A stretch of DNA of 64,000 nucleotides from assembly GCA_051294905.1 (NCBI GenBank), contig CM119372.1, positions 13,704,001 through 13,768,000 on the forward strand. Direction: 5' to 3'. The notes under the pieces were generated by a model, which saw nothing but the letters and a program-made list of their open reading frames with translations, did no database searches and was not told where the DNA came from. Shown in pieces: positions 35,001 through 47,000 of this stretch. The stretch comes from Botryllus schlosseri (Eukaryota). Made by a program: the position numbers and the translations under genes. Numbering within the stretch: the stretch's first letter is position 1; every line of letters starts with the position of its first letter.

Positions 35001-38000
35001 CCCGAAGCTGAAGAAAATTTTCAAGTTAATTAACTCTCTTAAAAATATGTTGATTTACAAAATACTTTTGAGTCCCCTTAGAGCTCGCTTCCGGTCCTAT
35101 TGGGGAGTTTGGGGTGTGGCAGTTACGGACCTGGCAAGAATGCAAATCGTTGGGTGCAACGGATAGTCCTGCATAGAGGTGGGCGATGGGTGCATTATGA
35201 CGTAACAAGCAAATGACGTATGATTTATAAAGAAAGTTGTTATCTCATTAGACCTTTTCATCGCAAGCCTTATTTATATTGTCTTCCAATATCTCTTCTG
35301 AAATTAGTTCTAAGAAGTAAAACAAATGTAATCGGGAGTAATCGTGATTACTTTTGAAAAGTAATCGTAATCGTAATCGACTACTTCCTGATTTGGCTGT
35401 AATCGTAATCGTAATCGTAATCGCGGGATTCACGAGTAATCGTAATCGCAATCGATTACATTCGTCAAGTAATCACCCCATGTCTGAATCAGATTACCAT
35501 AAATCCTTGCGCAGTTTTTCGAGATGATGGCTGTATGCTACTACGTCAAAATTAGATGGGCCTATGCGAGCAGGACCGTTACCAAGCCCGGGCAAGCTTG
35601 AGAATTGGAAATCTCTCTGATCCATCATGGGCTTATTACTGAATCCAGATAGCGGCATTTTCATCTTGATCAGATTACATCAGGGGTGGGCAAACTTTTG
35701 AGCTCGCTGGCCGCATTCAACATCTGAATCCATTCGCGGGCCACGCTATATAAAATGGGGATTATAAACCAAAACGCAATATTGATATTTGATTATATAG
35801 TGAGGACATGGAGATAATAAATGTGCATATTTAAAACAAACCAAGCATTGCTTTGATGATTTCGTACACGCGTCAGAAACATATATATATATATGTAGTA
35901 CTATATTGGCGAGATTTCATAGGCTGGCAAACCTCAATCACCAATTTATCAAAACTATTTCCAAATTCTACTTTTGGTGCAGTTCCAGGACACACAATGC
36001 TGACAGCATCATAACCATATTAGCTTCAAACACGCTTCTACTATGTGTAGATAAAATATAAATACATCAATTCTACGCATACAGACAACGAATCTACCTA
36101 AGGCACGCCCGTATCGTTTTTTATAGGCACATCACTAAAATAATTAAAAAGGGAGTGGCCAATCTGAAATCCCACTCGTGATCCAAATTATGCCAATCTC
36201 GTTGCAGCTATCCCGCTATGATATTAGGTATTTACTAGAGCCCGACCGATTATCGGCTCGCCGATAATATCGAGTCGATATCACGCTTGGAGAGAAATAT
36301 CGGTATCGGCCATTGAAGGTAACAAAATATCGGCCATTTTCGTGACGTCACAACATGGTGGCAGGGAGTCAGAGAAGTCGATAGAAGACGTGAGGACGGT
36401 AAATTATAAAAATAAATGGCTGCATATAATGCATACTGCATACAGGCAGTAGGCGTGCCTATCTGAAAAATATTTTAGATAACTAACCACCGTTATGCCC
36501 CACTGACTTCGTGGGAATCCCCCTGCAGTAATCGATCGATCACCATGAAGACAGAGAGCAGCTGGATGGATAGTTGTCTGCAGAAGATTTCAATCAGTAA
36601 GAGAAATGAGAACTTTAATCATGCTGGACTGACCCTCGTGATGAAAAGAGAAAAGCGTCGCGTCGAAACGTTTCTCTGAAGATAGTGCTATTGGTTCCGT
36701 ACCAAGACCAACAGAGCTATTTATACCAGTAATGTATGAAGTCGTCTGACTGAGGCCTGCGGGGCCACCATGATAGGAAATATGCGAGCATAGAGGCCAG
36801 AGGGAAAGAAAATCAAGCAAGCGTGGAGTAAAGCCAATAATTGATACGAAAATATTTGATTCCATGATGACATTGGCCAATTATTATTGATCAATTGATT
36901 GTTGAAATGCTGGTTATGGTCAAGGCAAGGGGATGTGTGGAGCAGTTGCAGACGTGAACAATTTCAGTTGATTTGCCCATCCTCTTCAGCTATTTGTTAA
37001 TGATGTGCTTAAGGCTCCAGGTGCACTGCCAGAAGAATATCAATATTTAGTGAAACCTTGAAGGAAAGATCCCCTGCAAGTGCAAGGGAGCGGTGGAACC
37101 GAAATGAAGAAAGATTTCCAATTCTTGCTGTGCCACTAACTATGGTACCAAGTGAAAGACTGCCCACTGTGTTAAGTACTATATACATCATTTATGGAAG
37201 ACCACAGAAGCTCACTCCTTGGAGAAAGGGCCGAGAAATTGTGCTTCGTGAACTGTAATCTGCAACTGCTGGATTGGTGATTTTGTGATATATTTTTATA
37301 GCCCCTAAATCATTTATTTCATGTTCAAGCATATCATTGGCTGTAAAGTTGTTGAAATAAATGCTCTGAGGTGTTAAATATGGGCCTTGAGCTAGATTCC
37401 ACATCTTTTGAATATCGGCTGAATATATCGGGGTTATCGGTGGAGGTACTGGATATCGGTCTTATCGGTATCGGCTCAGAAATCCAATATCGGTCGGGCT
37501 CTAGTATTTACCTTAAATCAGTGGTTCTCAAACTTTCTAAGACACGCCCCCTCCCCCTTATGAAGATGGAAGATTTCGCGCCCCCTTATCGTCATATCAC
37601 AAAACGCAACCAGGATGCTAGCAAATCTAACGACTTGTTTGATGGCATGGAAGGTTACGACTGTGAATGAGAGATTTTAAAATATGTAATTCAGACTAAA
37701 TACAGAGCAATAACTATAAATTGGTTATAACTCGCGCAGTGCGCGAAAAACTTTTTCAGTTGAGCCCAGTATCGCGCCCCCTTCAGGTCCTTTCACGCCC
37801 CTAAGAGGCGCGCCCACCAGTTTCAGAACCACTGTTACAGAATTATCATGGTAAAATATACTAAAAAAAAGTTAATCAAGTCTCTGCATTAATTCGATTT
37901 TTAGTACACAATTTATCAATATTTAAAAAAGTTTCTTCAGACTCTCGCGGGCCGCACAAAACGGTGTGGAGGGCCGCATGCGGCCCGCGGGCCGTAGTTT

Positions 38001-41000
38001 GCCCACCCCTGGATTACATTATTACCAAAAAAGGATAAATTCGACTCGTAAAACTTGATGAATAGCCTATGTCCGTCAATTATCAGCATTATCTTTTTCT
38101 CGCAATCGAACTATTGTGGGACAGGGTCGCATCAGTGTGAGAATTTTACGACAGTTTGAAACAGAGTAAAATTGCGGAAGGCAGTTCTCTTCAAAGCCAT
38201 CGCACCTAACTGCAATATAAGTGTTCAAATACATCGTAGTTCTCACCACCCAATATATCACGCTTTCCGTGATTCTGCAGGCTGCTGAATCAGTCCATTG
38301 ATGGGCAGGACACATATTGTCAAGTAACAATCGAATTTCCCGGTACAGCTACTTGAACAGACCGACGCCTGGATTGACCATAAATTGCCTTGATATAACC
38401 GATTTTGCTGTTTTTACTGCATATTTAGTGGTTTTCTTCATCAATCGTTTAAACACTATGCAGCAGTAGCCCGTTAAACCTCCACAGCCCCCATTTGCTC
38501 TCAGCGCCCCCCTACCGCCAACTTGTAGCCAGCGCCCCCCCAATCGCCCATTTCGTCGCCAGCGCCCCCTTCACGCTCGCTAACGTCCTCAGGGGGGCAC
38601 TGGCACCCACTATGAATAGATCTAAAACCAGGTAACGTTTCGCAGAACGGCAATAGCCTAAAAATGTAAACTTGCCAATCACAATCATACCTTGTGAAAC
38701 CGTCATAATATCCGCAAGACATGCATTAAAAGATTAGGTACCCTACAGCAATTGGATTATGTGCAACAGGACTGTTCATAAGTAACTTTTTTCCAATTTC
38801 AACTGGCACCGTGAATAAATTGTTAGGATGCTCAAAATACCAACACCGAACTCCAACTACTAGCATAGCATCAGAAAACTTTCAATTTGAATTGAAATCG
38901 AAATTGAAATTGTTCCGAGTCTACTGGTGGGAATTGTGCCAAATTTGGTGGGCAGGGCTGTTGTAGGCAACTGAACAATTAATCAAAGTGACGGTGAAAT
39001 TTGGAAAGACAAGTTTAGTTGAACAACTTCCAATTTCAATATGAACTTACTCGATTTCATTTCGCTTGGAGCTGGAGGAAATACCTTCGCGCGTTGCGTT
39101 TCATGCTCTCCCTCTATCGAGACGGCTCCAATTTCGCCGGAGATGAAATCCGTCAGCCTTTGAAGACACGCACACACTTCAGGCGATCAAGCCGCAAAAA
39201 GTGGCGACAAACACCTACATTTTGACTTGAGCCGGGTGCTTCTGAGCGTACTTCAATTTCAACAGCTCCTGCGCCACGTTGAAGTCGGTGAGGGTGACTT
39301 TCGCGATCGGCAGCTTGGACCTTATGACGGCGGGTGACAGCCACATCGTGTGGCCAAGCGTGGCCACAACGATGCCTTCCAAATCCTGCGGAAAAGGAAT
39401 CAAACATGAGGACGTAAAGACGTGTCCCTACGTCAAACATTTCATGACTTCTTTGTCTGTGATGAAGTGGGTTAGGATTCAGAATTTTATTCCGCCTACT
39501 CATTGACGAAGAAAGCAGACACTTGGAGGCGTACCACACGCCAATTTGGCTTCAAAATGATTTGTTGTAAGTGACCGCCTGACAGGCCGTAGCTTGCCAT
39601 ATATTTTTTAAATGTTCAAGCGTGTTCGGTAAACCCAGGGCCTATGCTAGTGTGCTAATCACATTTCTGAGAAGTCAGCATAAGCCAGTGGATCTTAACC
39701 AGGGTTCACTGGCGGTCAAGACACACCAAACTCATACAGCATAAGTCCCGCTGATTTGTGGTGAATAGTCATTATAATCTTCTAGTTTTGCATGAAGATC
39801 GTGAATTAATTGTTTGTTGATTAACAGTTAATTTTGTGCACCAGTATTCTATAGTAATATACTAGACACGATTTTCTGATGACTCGACTTGACTCTGACT
39901 CGAGTCATTTTCTCAAAATACGGAAATGACTCGACTCGATTCAATCTGTGTATTGGACTCGAGTCATTGCGCATGACTCGAGACTCAGACGACCAATACC
40001 AACATTTTAGAAAAGTAACCACACTATTTGGATTTCGTCTATTGGTACTGGCACTTGAGAATGCGACCAGAAACTGCTGAAAGTGACGAAAATTAGTATA
40101 TTATAAATGTGAGCCATTCGATATCACCAAACACAGTTATAAAAAGTGGGTTTACCAAGACTAACTGGAAACTGAGCAGTCAACAGAATGACTTGGACTC
40201 AAGTCATAATACCATGAGTCAGACTTGACCCTCTGCTCTCTGACTTAGACTAGGACTTGACTCGGTGGTGAATTGAAAATGACTCGACTTGACCCGAGTC
40301 AAAACTATAAACGTGAGATTGATTTGTGAAGAAGGGCCTGAAGAGGTAGATTTTGTATTTCTGACTATGTAAAATTAGTGGTTCGCCAGGGGGGTAAAGG
40401 TTACGAACCACTGGCTTAAGACACCCGAGATACCTTATTAAACAGATTCTCGTGGACCATCTCGTCGGCTTGCGGTAGCCACTTGCAGTCCCGGTCGTTC
40501 GGACGCACCCCACAAACCCGGATTTCGACCGCCTGCAAAACGTACATCTTGGTCTCGCGTGTCACACTGTTAAAGTCAAAACAGTTCTCTAGCCTACCTG
40601 ACGCGGAATCGAACGCAAGCTTTCCGGTAGGGTGACCAGCTCGTCGCACCGGACCACCCGCACCTTGCCCGTGTCAATGTACTTCACGCAGGTCTTCCTC
40701 ACTTTTGCCGGCGAGGTCCAGCACACAAAGGTCTTGGCCGGATCGTGCTGAAAGAAGACAAAGTGAAAAACAGCGACAGCAAATCGAGTGGCGCAAAACG
40801 GATACCAACCGTAAAGTTTGCAATCGTGACTTCTTTGCCGTCTCTCTTGTTTGGCGCATACGATTTCTTGAGTCGAAGCGGCACGACCCTTTCGTTGGAT
40901 TTGACGGTGGCGTACACGATGCCGGGAATTGGATCCGACGAGAGCGCAGCTTTCACTTTGTCCGCAGACCTTCGACAAAACATAATCATGTTTGGTGATA

Positions 41001-44000
41001 CGACTGCGCATAGGCGCCGACTTTTATTTTTGCATGGGGTGGCGGCAGGTGCGTAGTCAGGGGGGTGTCGAAACCCCCTCCTCTTAAAACGCAAAACCCC
41101 GTACCTTTGAAATGACCATTCTGACGCTAATGTTTAGTTGCAATTAGGGTTGGATTATCCGGATAACGGTTAACCGCAGGTTTTTTTATTATCCGATATC
41201 CGGATATAAATCTGCCGGTTAACCAGATAAAATAGTATCATTAATAATGCGTTTTATACTTTTAGGGAGCTTCAATAAGTCGTATTATCAGTGTTGCGCG
41301 CGGATAATTAGCGAGAAGCGTGTCGCCAGTTAGCGAGATACGTCAATGCACTGTGTAACGCGACGCAATCTGCCGCTGAGAAGATCGCCAAATTAGGACA
41401 TTGATTGCAGCAAGCTCGGCTATCGTTGCTGGCCTGATTTTTCGAGTCTTCAACAAGCCTGTAGTTCTGCTGGCAGAATCACGTGTAATAGGCTCTGTGG
41501 ACATTATACTATCGCTGGCCTGCATAATCGCATCTGCATTGGCTTGGTGCTCACGATATTATCGCCGGCCTACACAGTCGCATCTGCAATAGGCATGGTA
41601 CGAACGATATCATCGCGGGCGTAACCTTCGAGTCTCAGACCTGGCGTGCGTTGGCTCCTATCTCTTGGTGGCTTGAAGACAATATGCCGCTAAGACTATT
41701 ATGATCAGCGATTGTGATTAATGAGCGACATCGCGAAACAGAATGACATCGAATGTTCGCATTTCGCAAACATGTTCCTGCGTGCAAGCGTAATTGATTT
41801 ACGCTAACACTAAATTTGAAAAAAATCGAAACCCCCTCGTTTTATTCAAAACATCCCTTCATTTTTCGGCTGGCTACGGGCCTGATCATGTGAATTTCTC
41901 AGGGGGGAATTAAAGCGAGCTATTATGTCGGCCTCAATTCCAGTATCAGCTGCTCGTCCTTCCAGTACTCGACACCTAAACAGAAGAACGGGCAAAAAGG
42001 AAGCGCTGCTTACTATATTTAGCCCAATTTCTGGAAGCAGAAAGGGCATTTAATATGTGTGGACTCTTTGTTACAAAACTCCGACGCGATCTCTTGCTGA
42101 TATGATTGCAAAATTAGGTCAATGTCAATGCGCGCATCCAATCAGTAGTTATCCTTACCGCCAACGCAATGGGTTTTTACTTAGTATTGAGTAGCTCACA
42201 TCTCGACAAGTGGTTGCTGATTAAAACATCGATTTTGACTGCATTGCTGCATTTCCCGATTTACGTTTGCAAAGCATAATTGAATTAATATGGGCACTGG
42301 AATAAATTCCAACTAGCAGGCACACACAATAAAAACACTGTTCAACTTGTGCTCCGAGAATATTTATCACAAAATGGTACACTAAATATTTTAAACGCGG
42401 CTTGCGGCTCTCCTCGATGCAAATAATGCACTTCAATTTGTAGAAGGTGAACGGATATTTGGTGTTTCTCAGAGCGCGCGATGAAATCTACGTTTCTAAC
42501 GATGAGGTCGAATTTGTATATCTAATAAGGATCGTTAGTTTGCTGAAATCAGCATCAGTTCACTGTGCAAAATACATAGTAGTGATCAATTTTATCGGAC
42601 TGTACAATCGGCCGGCAAGGTTGCGCTGATAACGAAATTGACAGACATGCCGCAAACCTGCAATAATTACAATTACAGGGTGCGCTAGTCCTAACTAAAT
42701 ACCCAGATTTGACATTGGCCACGAGCACAATTTGTTCAGACGCGATCATAAGTTTTAATCAAAAAGATACATCAACACAAACAATATTACACTCAGAGAT
42801 TGTTACTGTTTGGCGAAAGTGTTTCAGCGGACGGTAGTATAGGCCTGCATGCGGACGCGCTAAGTCAAACCACCGCCGATAGTGCACAAGCACATGATAT
42901 ATCGATGACCCATTACGCATACAAATGATTCTCGCTAATTTGCAGTACGCAGCATCGATAATACGAATTAGCGAATCGGCATTTCAAAAGGACTGGATTT
43001 CTAGTTTTAAATGAGTAACTCACTGGCTACGCACCTAGGGTTTTAATACCGACAACACGCTGGTTAAGATTAGCCAGGGGCCTACGGCATACATAAGTAC
43101 CGATCAGCCAGTCGAATTTGATCGTGAAATGGTGCGATTTTAATTATCCAGGTGTTATTGCAGCAAGAGCAAATTTGGCGCATGCCGCAACCTTATCAAT
43201 AGAAATACAAATCTCGATGGTTTGAAATCGATCCGCGACATGGTTGCGCCCGATAGAGTCCGTCCAGCGAAGTTGGTTGGAACATAGTAGGTTCCCGCTC
43301 AAACTAATCGAGTAAATTCAGAAATTCCGCCACCGAGGATCTCTTGTTGCATCAATATTTGACAACATAATTCAACGCTGTGCACTGCACAATGCGCAGT
43401 AAGAATAACAAATCAAACACTGATATGTGTCTCCGAGGGAATACGAGTGTATAAAGCAGACAAGAATTAGTAGCCTAGAGATGATAGCAAACGAGAAAGC
43501 GTGTATCTAATCAGTAATTCCTCAACTTGCGTATAGCACAATGGGGTTCCGAGCGCGACATTTGTTTGCAATTGGATATGCGCACTTTGCGCAGGAATGA
43601 CTTTCAATTCGCAGGCATACACTAACACACTTTCCTATTTCGCGGTCCAATTGAAAAGACTATCACGAAACTAAGTCAAGAATTATTTTGTAAACGAATA
43701 TGGGCGCAAAGACAATTTAATTGGGAGAAGCAGAACGTGAATTCGCTAGTCCAGTAGAGAGAGCTGGTGTTTCTCAGAGCACGCGTGTCGAAATCGACGT
43801 CGTAAACGAGGTAGCTTCGATTGTATGATTACTAATCACGGATTACAATTTATTAGGGCGTTTTAAGCACTAGTTTAAGCTGCGTATTCAATTATTCGCA
43901 CGCATATCGGTTAATAGTAAATAGTTAGCATTTACGCGATAATCACAGAACCGCTAATTGACAGTACACACGGCGGACGTTTAAGCATTTTGTATGGGGT

Positions 44001-47000
44001 GGCCGCCACCCCATGATTATGTCACTCGGCGCCTATGCAACTGCGGACTGTTGATATACATAGTTCTTTGGAATACTCAACCAGCTCCAGACGAGTAGGA
44101 GTGTTCGGATTAATTTCAATATGAATATACTGTTAAATTGTCTATTGCAGTAACGATTATACAATTTTAGCATTTACCGACTTGTAAAATGGTTAATGAA
44201 CATCAAAGAGATTAACAACTCCGACGTCCAACACCACTACGAGAGTTCGAATTCAATGTCGAGCTCGAACGGCCAACAATAGTTAGTCATCGCACTTCAT
44301 CCTAGCCAAGATATGGCCATACAAAGCACTCAAAACGATTTGAATTGTTAAGGTTCAAAACAATTTGCATGCCTTAGATTACACACCCACACTAGGTATG
44401 TAATCAAGTCAGAGTAAATTCAGTCAAGCCAGTTTGAACAGGCTCAGCTTGCTTATAGCGCGACTTCAGAGGATCTCTTTACAAGGGTTCAACCAGTAAA
44501 AAAATGCAATAAACTACCAACTCGGTATTTCGTGCTGTCGAATCGGGGAAGATTTTATGAAGTATGGTGAAGGGATTGCACCAGTAGACCAATAGTATTT
44601 TGTAATCTAATCAACTCTCAGGAAACATCTGATACTTCACGCTTGGCACAAAGAATATAGATTGAGAAGTGTTGCGCGATTAACACTCTGCTCTCCTGTT
44701 CGTAATCCTTAGGTTGTTCTCTAAAATGATATATTTCTTTGAATAATCTGCAACCAGTTCAAACACAATTCATCATGGCGACGTTAAACAACAATCGGTG
44801 CGGACTCAGTGTTGTATATATGAGAAAGGCCGTTGTGAAATGTCGTCGTGGCTTTACATGATTGTCATCGTCGATCGAGTAAACGGGGTGTCTCAAATTA
44901 CGCCCAGAAACAACATGTGAAAAGGATACGATTTTTTCTGTGTAAAAGCAGAAATCACTGAGGTTGGCAATTATCATAAACCCTAGGCTCATAATTATTC
45001 AAGGATCGAGAAAACAGCTTTTTTGTGACACCTCTCTGTACTTGCTAGTCGCCGCTCAAATAAACTCTACGGATGCTGGACAAAGTGATGTAAGTACGAC
45101 AAATCAAGCACCAACCTCAAAAACTCCTTTATCTCGTCCGAAATCGATTCACGCCGATCTTCCAGCTTCTCGATATTGCCCGCTGCATGCTTCACGGCCT
45201 TGCACACGCCGTAATAGTGAGTGGCGTCGACTACATGAGTGACCCGGATTTTCACTTGCCCAGCGGTAGGCACCTGTAACACACACTTTCGCATTCATGG
45301 AATCCGAATTCAAGTGGGGAGCTGTCTCTCTTACAGGAGGAAACTTGCTGTCTCGGTTCGCTTTATCGGCCGACGACAACTCGTGTCTATATCTGCAAGC
45401 GGCAATGTTCGGGCATTCGCCCACAAACTGAAGGGTGGGGCACAGCGGTATCGACGATTTGTCGCCCTTGCAAAACATTCAACTTGAGCGTCATTGAAAA
45501 AAAGTGATAGGGAAGGGAGACTCACTGATAACGCCTTTCTAGCCATGGACAAAAGACCCTCAGGAATCGGTTGATTGACGCGTTTTAAAAACTGGAATAT
45601 ATCAGCCGCGCCGTTGCAGTTTTTCTCGTCAATCAGAAATATCGATCTGGAATTCGAAACAGCAGATGCATTAACGGGGCCTGGCACCGTCGGGTATGTC
45701 CGAAAAATTTTGCTTCACTTTTCAAAACTGCAAAACACGACCTCAATGGTCTGGCCACGACTGGGTGTTTATTAGGGTTGTCCAAAATTTGGAAAATCTT
45801 ACAAATCCTCCGTTGTAATGTCTTATTCTATAGATTATTGATAAAAAACGACATTAGGCCTAAAAGAAGCTCACAAGGAGGCCGTTAAGATTTCGTGCAA
45901 AGCGTTTGAAAGTAGCTGCTGAAGAATGGGCGTGCCACCGACCATAGAACGGCGAGAAGACTAGTAATCACGAAACCACGGCTCTTGATTGGCTAATCTG
46001 CTATGCTTCAATGACCACGACAGCAGCAGCTTGCTGATTAGGTGATCGCGGAGTCTGCTACCGGCGGCGATTCTGAAAGCGCATTGTATGTAGGTTGACA
46101 GATTATGATTTAGGATTGATTCAGGGTATGTTGAGGTACGAAATACATGATGAACAAACCAAATACATGATGAACAAACCACAGCTGCTTCACAAAAACG
46201 TCTAAAGCATGACCGCTTTACTGTGAAGGAAACCGCCGTAGCCTAAATGCCTTGTTTTCAACGAGGGAAAGCATAGGTGCTTATGCAAGTGGCGATGGAT
46301 TCCTAGTTTCAGAACGGATATATCATTATTGAATACAAATATAAAGCTTAACAACGACACTATAATTTGTGTGATCTTATTGGGCTCAAGTTGTGGTACA
46401 TAGTTGAAGTTGTGAATGCTCTAGGGATCGGCTGAATCAGACGGTTAGGCCTGGCACTTATCAGATGTTTACAGCAAATTGAATTCACTTGTAAGTGTTT
46501 TCAAAGTCCCAAATGATGCCGCAGAAACAAGGTGTAAATGTAAGCACACACATACTGTGCTTGATATGATATACAAACTATGCTGGATACTATGCACTAT
46601 GCAGTATTTTCTGTGCTTACCTTTACATTCCCTTTCTGCGCGTTTATTAAGGACTTTGCCATATCATTGACATATAATATCCAGCATAGTATGTGCTTAC
46701 TATTACACCGCTTTCCTGCGTCATCATTAAGGACTTTGACAACACTTGCAAGTGAATACAATTTGATGTAAGCATCTGAGAAGTGCCAAGCATAACCCGC
46801 CGATTCTTAGAGCATTCAAAACTTCAACTATGCACTACCACCTGAGCCCAATAAGATCACACAACTAATAGTGTCGTTGTTAAGCTTTATACTTGTATTC
46901 AATAATGATATATCCTTTCTAAAACTAGGAATCCATCGCCACTTGCATAAGCGCCTATGCTTTCCCTCGTTGAAAACAAGGCATATAGGCTGCGGCGGTT

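Noticed and set aside
45647..45731. Longer 5' start for the SIFLIDEK exon
   Set aside because: The acceptor at 45648-45647 fits the phase and gives KAGRSIFL; the upstream stretch is duplicated at 49724-49792 and looks intronic.
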